NCBI GenBank assembly: GCA_050250895.1
Contig: JBFWNU010000001.1
Span: forward strand, 3,552,149 to 3,616,148
DNA from: Vulcanimicrobiota bacterium
Lineage (GTDB): Bacteria; Vulcanimicrobiota; Xenobia; Xenobiales; JADMJV01
Direction: 5' to 3'
DNA length: 64,000 bases
In this document: piece by piece, positions 1 through 9,197 of the stretch
Layout of the letters: the number at the start of each line of letters is the position of its first letter
How positions within the stretch are numbered: position 1 is the stretch's first letter
The notes under the pieces: generated by a model
Told to the model about the DNA's origin: nothing
What the model saw: only the letters and a program-made list of their open reading frames with translations
Database searches by the model: none
Program-made: the position numbers and the translations under genes

Positions 1-453
1 CCAGCTCTGGCCGTCGGTCAACAGATTGTGCAACAACGGCTGGAATCGGTCCAGGGCCGAGGCAAACCTGGCGTCGGCCGTTGCACCCTCTTCGAATTCG
101 TCCCATAGTCGCCGCAACTCGGAGGCCTGATCGGGCGGCAAGAGCGCGAAGACCCGGTCGGCTGCGGCCAATTCTCGTTCGTGCTTGTCGACCTGGGCCT
201 CGGGATCATAGGCATAGCTGTCGCCGGCATCGATTTCGACGAGATCGTGGACCAGCACCATCTTGACCACTCGGGTCAGGTCCACCGGCTCATTGGAATA
301 CTCGGCCAGCACGATGGCCAGCATGGCCAGATGCCACGAGTGCTCTGCGTCGTTTTCTCGACGGCTCTTGTCTAAGAGCAGGGTCTGGCGCTGGATGTTC
401 TTGAGCTTGTCAATCTCGGCCAGAAACTCCAGCTGTTGGCGTAGTCGTTCCAT
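1..453 (-). CDS. HD-domain phosphohydrolase (HD_3 / YfbR-HDDC2-like), 3' end runs off window
   Basis: Manual translation from ATG at 453: MERLRQQLEFLAEIDKLKNIQRQTLLLDKSRRENDAEHSWHLAMLA...MVLVHDLVEIDAGD; typical ExxAEHSW and HD motifs. Not in ORF track because truncated. Confidence 0.9.
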   Translation of the reverse strand, partial: MERLRQQLEFLAEIDKLKNIQRQTLLLDKSRRENDAEHSWHLAMLAIVLAEYSNEPVDLTRVVKMVLVHDLVEIDAGDSYAYDPEAQVDKHERELAAADRVFALLPPDQASELRRLWDEFEEGATADARFASALDRFQPLLHNLLTDGQSW

Positions 454-455
454 GT

Positions 456-3400
456 TTATCGCAATCCGAAGAACGAGCCCAGGCGCCCGAGGGTCGACTT
501 GCCGTCGAAGACCTGGGCCAGGCCGCGCAGCTCTCCTTCTAGCTGAAAATCCCAGCACAGCTCCCACACCCGCACCGTGCCGTCGGCCCCGGCCGTGACC
601 AGGTTGCGCCCGAAGGGCCCGGCCCAGCCCGACACGACGGGCCCGCGGTGAGGAGTGAACTGGCTGAAGGCCTGGCCGGTGGTCAGATCCCAGACGAACA
701 TGTGGCCGTCGGCGCCGGCTGAAACCGCAGCCAGCAATTTCGGCCAGAGGTGGACGAAGACCACCCGGTTGCTATGTCCCTCGAGGGTGATACAGCATTT
801 GCCCGAGCGGGTCTGCCACAATCGCAGTTGATGATCCTCGCCAGCGGTGATGGCGAATTCGCCGTCATCATCGAGGTCACCGGCCGTGACCTCTCGGCCC
901 GGCGCCTCCCTGAGAGCCCGCGCGTCCAGGTTCTTGTGGGCCTTGGGTAGAGCCCAGAAACCGAAGCTAGGCCCGGTAACGCCGTAGGCCAGATCGGGAG
1001 TGGTGGCTACCAACTGTCCCCCTTCGAACTGCCGCAAGATGGTCAGGTTCTCGAGGTCGACCAGGTGGATGTGCCCGCTCTGGGTCGAGGCCACCGCGAA
1101 CAGGCCCCGCTGGTCGGGGCAGATGGAAAGCACCGTTTCGTCGAGCGACAGGCGTTGATCGGCCTGCAACGAGCGCGGGTCCACGATCAAGAGCTGTCCC
1201 GATCGGGTACCGACCAGCAGTCGCCCGGTAGCGTGGGCGATGGCGCTGGCATCACTCACGGCCAGGGTGTTCAGGCGCCGGCCACTGCTGATGGAAAAGA
1301 GCGAGACCTGGCCCTGATGGCGCACGAAAATGGTCTCGTTGACAAAGTCGGCACAGACCTCTTCGGCCCCGGGGCAGTCGATCGACTGACGCTCCCACAA
1401 CTCCGACACCTTGTCGCGGGGCAGAAAGTCGCCCAATTCGAGCAACATATCCAGCACGCGACGGTCGCGGGCGTAGCCGCGCACGCCGCGGGCCCGCATG
1501 AGGTCCCGATAGGCCAGGCCGGCCGAGCCGGCCTCGAGGTGCTGGCAAGCCTTGCCATAGAACTCTTCAAAAGAACTGCGGGTCAACTCTTCCTCGGCCA
1601 GGCTGCGGCCTCGGGTGATCAACAGCTCGCGCTGGTAGACCCGGTTCTCTTCGTCGTATTCCCACAGGCACAGCCGATCGGAGGCGGTGACGATATAGCT
1701 GCCGGCCACGATGGCTTTGAGGCCCTGCTCGTGGGGCTCCCATTGGCGCAGGCGGTGGCGGCGAGCGAGCGACCACAGGGTCAGCTGCCCTTCGGATTCG
1801 AACAGCAGGTGATCTTGGGGGGTGAAGCAGGCGGGGCCTTCCGTCGAGAAAAGCAGGTGGCCGGCCAGATCGAACACCTCTTTGAGGCCACCCTCATGTT
1901 CGACCATCAAGAAGCGCTCCGACGGGCTCAGCCGAGCGGTCAGCGGCTGGCCGTGGACGCTGTAGTCGACCATGGGTTGAACTTTGGCCAGGTCCCACAT
2001 GCGCACGGTGGCTCCCACCGCGATGACCACCGGTTGGTGGGCAAAGAGCAGCAGTTGGCGAATCACCCCGTGGTCGGCTGGGAACTTGTGCAACAGCTCG
2101 CCGTTCTCGGCGGCGATGATGCCCAACTCACCGTCGGCCGTGCCTCCTACCACCTGGCCGCCGTCGGGGGTCAGGCCCGCGCAAGTCAGCGGCTGGCCCC
2201 AGGCGCTGATGGTGTAGCCATCGCGGTTGAGCAGCCGGCTGGCCGTTCCGGCCACCACCAGGCGGTCGCCGGCCAGGCACAGCAACCGCTCGTCGGGAAG
2301 CTCCCAGGCCAGCTCGCCAGTGTCGAGTCGCCAGGCACGGGCCGGCACCTGATCGAGCGAGTAGAGCAAGGCTCCGTCACAGGTCAGGCGGCGGGGTCCG
2401 TTAGCCAGTTCAGAAGACCACAACCACTGGTGCTCGGGATGCCAGGCCGCTAACCACGTCTCGCCGGCCACAAAGACCGTATGGCCGTGCAGATAGCAGG
2501 AACGGGCCGGCCCCGGCAGCCCCAGCGTTTCGACCGGATTCGAGCGCGGAAAGAACACGCGGTCGTCGACCCCACGGACCCCGAGCCGGGCCATGCGCCT
2601 CCGGGTCAGGGTCAAGCCGTCGTTGGGCATCTGGTTGAGGGCAGTGGCATAGGCTCGTTCCGCGGCAAAGAAGGCGTCCTGATACATCAGGGCGTCGCCC
2701 ATGGCGCGATGGGCCACGCCGCGCTCGGCCCACTCGGGTTCGCGCACCGCCTTTTCGAATACCTTGACCGCCTCGGGGTAGCGGCCGCACTCGGTCAGGA
2801 AGAGCCCGAGCTGAAAGGTGGCCCCAGCCTGCTCGAGGCGGCGCACGACCTCGTCGGCGGTCAGCTTGGAGCGACGCCATTCCAGCAGCGAGCGGTTGAA
2901 GACCGTCTCGTGGTGCTGGCCGTCGAGGTTGGCGGCTTCGTTCCAACTGTCTAACGCCTCCTCGGTCTGGTTGAGGTTATACAGTGAAACGGCTCGGTTG
3001 TTGAGCGAGTCGGCCCTTTGTACCCCCTCGACCGGCTCGGGTCGGGCGTATTCGCTGCCGGTGATTTGGCGATAGAGGACGGCTAACTCCTGGCGCATGG
3101 CCGTGGCGGTGGGCGGGCGCCCCTCGGGTTTTTTGGACAGACAGGCCAGGATAAAGTCATTGAGGGGTCCGGGAATATCCTCACGCAGGCTCCGGGGAGA
3201 GGGAACGGGCGTGTTCCAATGGTGCTGGATCATGCCGATGCCGTCCTGGGGCTTTTCGGTCTGGAACGGAATGCGACCCACGCACAGCTCGAAAAGAACG
3301 ACCCCCAGGGCATAAATGTCGATGGGCGGACCGATGGTGGCGCCGGCGATCCACTGCTCTGGCGCCCCATAGTCGGGCGTGCCCAGCAGAGCCCCCTCGA

Positions 3401-3938
3401 GCTTGGTGCCGGACTCGGCCGAACTGACCGTTTTGACGATCCCGAAGTCGGTCACACAGACGCGGTCGTCACCTCGGACCAGCAGGTTGGCGGGCTTGAC
3501 GTCGCGGTGAATGACTCCGTGGCGGTGGGCGTGGGTGAGACCGTCGGCCGCCTGAATGATCAAATCCAGGATCTTGGTCCACTCGCCGGGTCGCACATAG
3601 CCCTGGTCGATCCAGTCTTTGATGCTGCCACCGGTCAGATAGTCCAGGAAGAGCGCAGGCACCCCCAGGTATTCACGCACGTACCAGCACTGCACGATGT
3701 TCGGGTGGGCCCCCAGGTCGATCCAGGTCTGCGCCTCGCGTACGAACCCCTCGCGGTGGATGGGCTTCTTCATCATCTCGGGCAAAGGCACCTTGACGGC
3801 CATGTCGAGGTTCCATTCCAGGTGCCCAACCCGCACCACCGCCCCCATACCACCGACTCCGATGATTCCTTTGACTTCATAGAGCCCGTCGAGGACCGTT
3901 CCCGGCCGCCAGGACTCAAGACCTGCGATAAGAGTCAT
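456..3938 (-). CDS. Ser/Thr protein kinase with TPR region and WD40 beta-propellers (1160 aa)
   Basis: GxGGMG, AVK, HRDVKPAN, DFG, GTPDYGAPE kinase motifs; TPR-like helices (LNNRAVSLYNL...EEAL); WD repeats (GHSNRV...AGADGHMFVWD, AGADGTVRVWE). Confidence 0.92.
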   Translation of the reverse strand: MTLIAGLESWRPGTVLDGLYEVKGIIGVGGMGAVVRVGHLEWNLDMAVKVPLPEMMKKPIHREGFVREAQTWIDLGAHPNIVQCWYVREYLGVPALFLDYLTGGSIKDWIDQGYVRPGEWTKILDLIIQAADGLTHAHRHGVIHRDVKPANLLVRGDDRVCVTDFGIVKTVSSAESGTKLEGALLGTPDYGAPEQWIAGATIGPPIDIYALGVVLFELCVGRIPFQTEKPQDGIGMIQHHWNTPVPSPRSLREDIPGPLNDFILACLSKKPEGRPPTATAMRQELAVLYRQITGSEYARPEPVEGVQRADSLNNRAVSLYNLNQTEEALDSWNEAANLDGQHHETVFNRSLLEWRRSKLTADEVVRRLEQAGATFQLGLFLTECGRYPEAVKVFEKAVREPEWAERGVAHRAMGDALMYQDAFFAAERAYATALNQMPNDGLTLTRRRMARLGVRGVDDRVFFPRSNPVETLGLPGPARSCYLHGHTVFVAGETWLAAWHPEHQWLWSSELANGPRRLTCDGALLYSLDQVPARAWRLDTGELAWELPDERLLCLAGDRLVVAGTASRLLNRDGYTISAWGQPLTCAGLTPDGGQVVGGTADGELGIIAAENGELLHKFPADHGVIRQLLLFAHQPVVIAVGATVRMWDLAKVQPMVDYSVHGQPLTARLSPSERFLMVEHEGGLKEVFDLAGHLLFSTEGPACFTPQDHLLFESEGQLTLWSLARRHRLRQWEPHEQGLKAIVAGSYIVTASDRLCLWEYDEENRVYQRELLITRGRSLAEEELTRSSFEEFYGKACQHLEAGSAGLAYRDLMRARGVRGYARDRRVLDMLLELGDFLPRDKVSELWERQSIDCPGAEEVCADFVNETIFVRHQGQVSLFSISSGRRLNTLAVSDASAIAHATGRLLVGTRSGQLLIVDPRSLQADQRLSLDETVLSICPDQRGLFAVASTQSGHIHLVDLENLTILRQFEGGQLVATTPDLAYGVTGPSFGFWALPKAHKNLDARALREAPGREVTAGDLDDDGEFAITAGEDHQLRLWQTRSGKCCITLEGHSNRVVFVHLWPKLLAAVSAGADGHMFVWDLTTGQAFSQFTPHRGPVVSGWAGPFGRNLVTAGADGTVRVWELCWDFQLEGELRGLAQVFDGKSTLGRLGSFFGLR

Positions 3939-4050
3939 TCCAATAGATTTACCACTTTGTAGTCAGGCTCAATCCCCACCGGTCTCGACAGCAGTTGTTC
4001 ACAAGACGGTAAGGACTGCCTCACCGACTGCCGCGTAAAATAGCCGAGGA

Positions 4051-5601
4051 ATGAAGATCACGCCACTTTCCGTTCCGCGAGCCCCAGTTACGGTTCGTGC
4101 CGAACAGCCGTCTGGCGGGGACCGGGTCGAACTGGGCGCCCCCGAGCGGCTGCCCGATTGGCGTTTTGCCCTCAAATACAGCAATCAAGAAATTCTCGAC
4201 CGGCCCCAGGTGGCCGAGCGCTTTCTGGACGAGTACCTCCAGCACGAAGCGACTTTCTTCGCCATGGCTCGCGATCCCGAATCGGGCTTGAGCTTCGACG
4301 GCGTCAACCTGGACCCGGCTACCGGCGAGCCTATCAGTGTGCGCCGCTTCTCGGCCGCCTCGAAGGAATGTCTCGACCTGGCCCTGTGTGTGAAAGCCCT
4401 TTACGGCGATCCGCTGGTCTCGAAGGTGGTGAGTCCGTCGGATCCCAGCCTGGCTCCGGAAGTGGCGGCCGCCATCCTCGAGCGCAAGATTCGCAGCTAT
4501 CAACGTTACGAACAGGATTATCCGGGCTTTGGCGGCTATTTCACCTGGTTTGACTCGGGCGAAAAGGCCGCGCCCGTGCAAGGCTGGGCCAGGGCCTTTC
4601 CCACCCTCGACCTGGGCGAGATGATGTGGTCGCTCTTGCTGGTCGAAAAAGCCCTGCGCGACACTGGCCGCGGCGAGACCGCGCAGGCCTATCAAGCTTA
4701 CAACGAGCGGCTGCGCGCTCAGGCTCGCGAGGCAATGTTCGACCCCGTGAGCGAGCGTATCAGCGGCCATGTCGAGGTGAGTGACCCTCTCGACGCCGAG
4801 TCGCGTTTCATCGGCCGCGGCGCCATGACCGGCGAGCACGGGGTCCACGAGGGCCAGATGATCATCCTCTACATGAGCCTGTTCGCCGGCCTGCCCGAGG
4901 ACAAGATCCAGGCCATCTGGGACGACATCAAGATGGTGCGCGTCGAGCACAAGCATGGAACCACCTGGCAGGGCTATTGGGGCTCGCCCCACGAGGAGTG
5001 GGCCTATCTGTTCTTGCCCTATCGCGATATCGACGGCTTCAAGGACCTCTTCCGCATCCGCGAAGAGATTCGCGCCCAGAACGCGTTCGACCGGGGCTAT
5101 CCCGGCTTTGCCGCCTCGGCCCACAATCCGGCCCACGAGGGCTACATGTCGGCCTGTGGGATCGAAGGGGTGGGCAGCCAGGGGGTTGACCATAACGACA
5201 CCTACACCCCTTACGGAGCCTTTCCGATGCTGCTGCAGTTTGCCGGCGAACTGACTGGCAACGTCGGTCTGGCCTGGCTGCACAACATGCTGGTCGGACC
5301 TCGCCTGCAGGGACCGTTGGGAGCCGGTGAATCGGGCACCAACGACGGCACCGGCGCGGCTCCGGTCAAGACCATCGATGTCAGCTTTACCAACCTGCTC
5401 GCTCTCGCTGGCGGCCTCGAAGACGAGACCGCCGACCTGCTCAAGGAAATGGGCAAATACGACCAGTTCCAGCAGATCATGACGGGCGAGTTTCAAGAGA
5501 CCTTTGCCGAGGCCCCCTTGCGCGAGCCCATCGGCTTTCACGCCCCGGGGCCGCCGGCCCCGCCAGGACGTGAGTATCTGCTGGCCGAACAACCATCCTA
5601 A
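4051..5601 (+). CDS. GH162-like endo-beta-1,2-glucanase homologue with N-terminal MKI..DRVEL tag
   Basis: Motifs GLSFDG, FSAASKE, YPGFGGY, LDLGE, HEGQ, QGYWGSPHEEW, TPYGAFP, GESGTNDGTG, TIDVS are collinear with recalled fungal GH162 (Talaromyces SGL: GMSYDG, FSAASKE, YPGFGGF, LDNGE, YEGE, QKGYWFSSHE, TPYSVFP, TWDS). Confidence 0.75.
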   Translation: MKITPLSVPRAPVTVRAEQPSGGDRVELGAPERLPDWRFALKYSNQEILDRPQVAERFLDEYLQHEATFFAMARDPESGLSFDGVNLDPATGEPISVRRFSAASKECLDLALCVKALYGDPLVSKVVSPSDPSLAPEVAAAILERKIRSYQRYEQDYPGFGGYFTWFDSGEKAAPVQGWARAFPTLDLGEMMWSLLLVEKALRDTGRGETAQAYQAYNERLRAQAREAMFDPVSERISGHVEVSDPLDAESRFIGRGAMTGEHGVHEGQMIILYMSLFAGLPEDKIQAIWDDIKMVRVEHKHGTTWQGYWGSPHEEWAYLFLPYRDIDGFKDLFRIREEIRAQNAFDRGYPGFAASAHNPAHEGYMSACGIEGVGSQGVDHNDTYTPYGAFPMLLQFAGELTGNVGLAWLHNMLVGPRLQGPLGAGESGTNDGTGAAPVKTIDVSFTNLLALAGGLEDETADLLKEMGKYDQFQQIMTGEFQETFAEAPLREPIGFHAPGPPAPPGREYLLAEQPS

Positions 5602-5611
5602 AGGACGCGCC

Positions 5612-6193
5612 ATGAAAATCAACCCCTTCGGTCAACCCGTGCAATACTCCGGACCCCCCCGCGGCTCCACCAGCCGACCTGACGAGGCGGTTCCGGCCGA
5701 GACCCTCGACCTGTCCGACCGGGCGGCCCAGGTTAAGTCGGCCGGCGGCGGCTGGTGGCGCAGCCTGGCCGTGGCCGGTATGCTGGCCCTGGGCGCCACG
5801 GCAGCCATGAGCCCTCCAGCCGTGGCCCAGACGGTGCAGTGCGAGACCCAGGCGGCCATGCCGTTTCAGCTGGTGCGGGCCAAGGACGGCACGGTGGTGA
5901 TTCACGTCGGCAACGACCGGGTGGTCGACCCCCACAACGGCTCGACTTACAAACTGCCCGGTGCGGCCAAGCAGGCCCGCGCCCTGCAGCGCCTGAGCCT
6001 GAGCGAGCAAGCGTCTCGCTTTGGCGGCACTTCGGCTGACGGCATCTACGCCGAGGTTCCCAGCCAAGGGGGCACAGTCTATCTCGAACAGACCAGCCCC
6101 ACCACCCTTACCGCTAACTCGATCGAACTCGAGCAAGAAGCTGGCGGCGTCTACCTGAATCGCCCTGGCACCGACGACGTGTTGCTACGGTAG
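5612..6193 (+). CDS. Hypothetical exported protein (MKINP tag followed by internal signal-peptide-like segment)
   Basis: ATG at 5612 with AAGGA upstream, 10 nt after previous stop; internal WWRSLAVAGMLALGATAAMSPPAVA-Q hydrophobic stretch ending in AxA. Confidence 0.7.
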   Translation: MKINPFGQPVQYSGPPRGSTSRPDEAVPAETLDLSDRAAQVKSAGGGWWRSLAVAGMLALGATAAMSPPAVAQTVQCETQAAMPFQLVRAKDGTVVIHVGNDRVVDPHNGSTYKLPGAAKQARALQRLSLSEQASRFGGTSADGIYAEVPSQGGTVYLEQTSPTTLTANSIELEQEAGGVYLNRPGTDDVLLR

Positions 6194-6655
6194 AGGGGAG
6201 CGCCGGCTTCGCCGTCGAGAGGGGAGCGCCGGCTTCGCCTTGGCCGAGGGAGGAGCGAGTTGAGCTGTCGCTCAACTCGAGTTTTTTGAGGTACTCGACG
6301 CTGCGCGTCGTTATTCTGGGCGGCTGGCGCCGCTGATGTCCCGAAAAAGAAGGTGGCTCGAACGGTCGCGGGGCGGTGCTCCCACGAACCCGGAGCAATC
6401 CCGGCCTGACTGGCCGCGGGGCGGTGCTCCCACGAAAAGCCGGAGCATGCTCCCACGAAAACTCGGAGCAAGCCCGGCTCGTCCGGCTGCGGGCATTGCT
6501 ACGATAGAGGGGAGCGGCCTCCGGCTTCGCCTTGGCCGAGAGAGGAGCGAGTTGAGCTGGCGCTCAACTCGAGTTTTTGAGGTACTCGACGCTGCGCGTC
6601 GTTATTCTGGGGGGCTGGCGCCGCTGATGTCCCGAAAAAGAAGGTGGCCCGAACG
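6182..6655. repeat. REP/BIME-like composite: two ~135-bp near-identical direct repeats (~6229-6365, ~6521-6655) flanking three TGCTCCCACGAA units
   Basis: Both copies carry CCGGCTTCGCCTTGGCCGAG..GAGTTGAGC-N4-GCTCAACTC..CGACGC-TGC-GCGTCG..GATGTCCCGAAAAAGAAGGTGGC; inner units read GTGGGAGC on the minus strand; lies between convergent genes. Confidence 0.85.
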
Positions 6656-6861
6656 GGGAATTCGGGCCTGGAATTGGGATTTGGGGGGGCGAGACCACCT
6701 GGTATGATTTGGAAAACCGCAACCTGGGGGGGTCACGGTTATCCTAACTTGTTTCATGCCAGGCTCCGGGTCTTGGTTGTTCCGGATGGCCTCTGTTCCA
6801 ACGCTAGGTTACCTCTCGGGGGCGTTTCTGCCAGCCTTCTTTGAGATGCATGGGGGGCATC

Positions 6862-9087
6862 CTAAAGGATATTGTTAGTCCCCATGCGCTGATAGAAGGC
6901 ATAACCCTTGGGCGGCAGCTTGACCGTGAGCGAGCCTTCCTCGACCTGACTGGCCGCGCCGCCTAGCAGATTCGCCAGCGGGCCGTCGGGCAGGCCCGTG
7001 GGCACCTCGAGGGTGCGGGGCTCGTCGGCGTTGTTGAAGAGACAGACGACCGTCTCGTCGGGGCGCAGCCTGGCCAGGGCGTAAGTATCCTGGGTGACCA
7101 GCAGCTCTTTCTGGGTGCCCAGGGTCAGAGCTTGCGAGCCGTGGCGAGCCTGGCTAAGTTCCTGGACCAGCGGAGCCAGGGCGGGCGGGGTCTGCCAGTC
7201 GATGTCGCCCCGATTGCCAGGAAAGGCACCCGTCATGGCCCATTCGGTGCCATAGTAGAGCGTCGGCATGCCGCGACAGGCGTAGAGAAAGGCCAGGGCT
7301 AACTCGAGCTTACGCGTATCGCCGCCGCAGTCTGACATAAACCGCAGCATGTCGTGGTTGTCGACAAAGATGCTCAGCTTGCGTGGGTTGTCATAGTATT
7401 TGTCGTCGGCCAGCGCCTCTGAGAGAACCCGCATGCTCTCGCCGCCATTCGAGAAGCGCAGCCGGTCGGCTTCCTGGTCGTTGTCGAGCTGCACCTCGTC
7501 GGCCAGGGCGAAGCGTTCTTTGTCGCTGCGCTGGGGATCCGAGGCGAAAACGCGGCGGATGGCGTAGGCCAGGCGAAAGTCGAACATCGAGTCCAGGGTC
7601 CGGTTCTGATAGCCGGCCACGAAGTTGGCGTCCTGCCAGAAGGCTTCGCCCACCGAGAGATAGTCCGGGTGTCCCTCGCGCATCGACTCGTTGAAGCGCT
7701 GCAAGAACGGCTCGGGCACGTGGCGTACGGCGTCGAGCCGCAGGGCGTCGAGGCCCGTTTTGTCCATCCAGTCTTGATGGACCTTGATGAGGTAGTCGGC
7801 CACCTCGGGTTGCTCCTGGTCGAGGTCGGGCAGGCCCGCCAAAGAGCCATGCTCCATGGCGTACTGGTCGCGCCCCCAGATCTTGCCTTCGCGGTGGAAC
7901 CAGCGGCCCCGGTCGGGATCCCTGGTCCAGGGATGATTGTAGCTCACGTGGTTGAGCACCACGTCGAGCATGACTTTCATGCCCTTCTGGTGGGCTTTCT
8001 CGCAAAGCTCTTTGAGGTCGTCGAGCGAGCCGAACGACGGCTCTGGGGCCTCGAAGTCCACCGGCCAATAGCCGTGATAGCCGTCCATGCCCAGAAAATC
8101 GCGCTCGTTCTGGTAGGGGCAAGACAACCACAGGCAATCGACGCCCAGGCCGTCGAGATAGTCGAGCTTGTCGATGACGCCCCGCCAGTCTCCGCCGTGG
8201 AAGCGTTGCGGCTGGCTGGGGTCGGTGCCCTGATCGTTGGTCGGGTCGCCGTTGTGGAAGCGGTCGGTCACGCCGTAGTAGATGGTGCGACCTTCCCAGC
8301 GGAAGATCCCTTCCAGGCTGCCGGGCGGCAGTTTCTGGTCGACCTGGCCCGAGAGCTTGTCAGCTCCGGTCGAAACGGCCACGGTGAGCGGCTGGGTCGT
8401 CCAGCCCTGGGCGCGCAGACGATCTTTGTCGAGTTCGACCAGCAGGCAGCTGAGTTCGGGAGAGTGATAGACGTTGAGGCCCTCGGCGTGCTCGAGGTCG
8501 TTCTTGATGGGCAGTTCCAACTGGCCGCCATCCCAGCTGACGGTCAGGTCGGTGTTCAGGTGGCCGCGCTCGGCGCCGGCTCTGAGGTGGGCCAGTTCGG
8601 CTTGAATTCGCAACGGTTCGTCAGGGTTGCCCAGGCGGGCGCTCAGCGCGAACAGATCGCGAGAGCTATCGAATCCATCATAACGGCGAACGACCTCACC
8701 GACCGGGTCCAGCGCGATCAGGTCCTGGCGGCCGAGAGGTTGGGGCAGCGGGCCGGTGCGGGCGGCCCGATCACTCTGCTTGGCCCGGAGCCCTTCCTGA
8801 GTGATCTGGCTGTTGAGGGCGGCCCGGTCTCTGGCCTGCCCCGAGTAGTCTTTGCCGGGGCGGCTCAGGACCCAGCCCGCCACCAATCCGCAGGCGCCCC
8901 CAACGGCGGCTGCCGGCAGCGAGTGGCAGGCGCCCAGAGCGGCCCCGGCAACCCCGCTTAAAGCTACCGCCGCCCACCGTTTCTGGGGGGGCGAGAGGGT
9001 AACCCGGTCGGGAGCCTTCGGCTTGTCTGTCGGTCCGCGAAGGGTCGGTGGCTGCACGTTGAACGTGCGCACCGGCTGGATCTTCAT
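6862..9087 (-). CDS. GH13 alpha-amylase/neopullulanase-type glycosidase with N-terminal tag and Gly/Ala-rich hydrophobic hairpin
   Basis: DRFHNGD, FHGGD, YHGYW, DVVLNH, LRLDAVRH, GEAFW, FVDNHD, YYGTE conserved GH13 regions. Confidence 0.92.
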   Translation of the reverse strand: MKIQPVRTFNVQPPTLRGPTDKPKAPDRVTLSPPQKRWAAVALSGVAGAALGACHSLPAAAVGGACGLVAGWVLSRPGKDYSGQARDRAALNSQITQEGLRAKQSDRAARTGPLPQPLGRQDLIALDPVGEVVRRYDGFDSSRDLFALSARLGNPDEPLRIQAELAHLRAGAERGHLNTDLTVSWDGGQLELPIKNDLEHAEGLNVYHSPELSCLLVELDKDRLRAQGWTTQPLTVAVSTGADKLSGQVDQKLPPGSLEGIFRWEGRTIYYGVTDRFHNGDPTNDQGTDPSQPQRFHGGDWRGVIDKLDYLDGLGVDCLWLSCPYQNERDFLGMDGYHGYWPVDFEAPEPSFGSLDDLKELCEKAHQKGMKVMLDVVLNHVSYNHPWTRDPDRGRWFHREGKIWGRDQYAMEHGSLAGLPDLDQEQPEVADYLIKVHQDWMDKTGLDALRLDAVRHVPEPFLQRFNESMREGHPDYLSVGEAFWQDANFVAGYQNRTLDSMFDFRLAYAIRRVFASDPQRSDKERFALADEVQLDNDQEADRLRFSNGGESMRVLSEALADDKYYDNPRKLSIFVDNHDMLRFMSDCGGDTRKLELALAFLYACRGMPTLYYGTEWAMTGAFPGNRGDIDWQTPPALAPLVQELSQARHGSQALTLGTQKELLVTQDTYALARLRPDETVVCLFNNADEPRTLEVPTGLPDGPLANLLGGAASQVEEGSLTVKLPPKGYAFYQRMGTNNIL

Positions 9088-9093
9088 GGCCGC

Positions 9094-9099
9094 AATCTA
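9094..9099 (-). promoter_or_regulatory. -10-like hexamer TAGATT 6 nt upstream of amylase ATG (probable leaderless promoter)
   Basis: Minus strand reads TAGATT-GCGGCC-ATG; no SD. Confidence 0.55.
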
Positions 9100-9184
9100 G
9101 CCTGCCGGTCTGAAAGCACTCTTAACTTCTCTGAACTTCTTCACCAGCAGTCTGAAATTTCAGCATAGTTTCACCTGGGCCGAC

Positions 9185-9190
9185 TAGACT
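9185..9190 (+). promoter_or_regulatory. -10-like hexamer TAGACT 7 nt upstream of ATG 9198 (probable leaderless promoter)
   Basis: TAGACT-GCCAGGG-ATG. Confidence 0.55.
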
Positions 9191-9197
9191 GCCAGGG

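Noticed and set aside
6182-6655. Repeat cluster as CRISPR, or as protein-coding ORFs (6151-6471, 6336-6707 etc.)
   Set aside because: Spacing is irregular and units are long or nested; the ORFs are translations of palindromic repeats with no protein features.
6660-6860. Possible RAYT transposase remnant next to the REP-like cluster
   Set aside because: No HUH or other transposase motif found in the frames I translated.
9160-9186. Possible sigma28 promoter TCAG-N15-GCCGACTA upstream of 9198
   Set aside because: Single imperfect instance overlapping a better-supported TAGACT -10; not seen before the other tagged genes.
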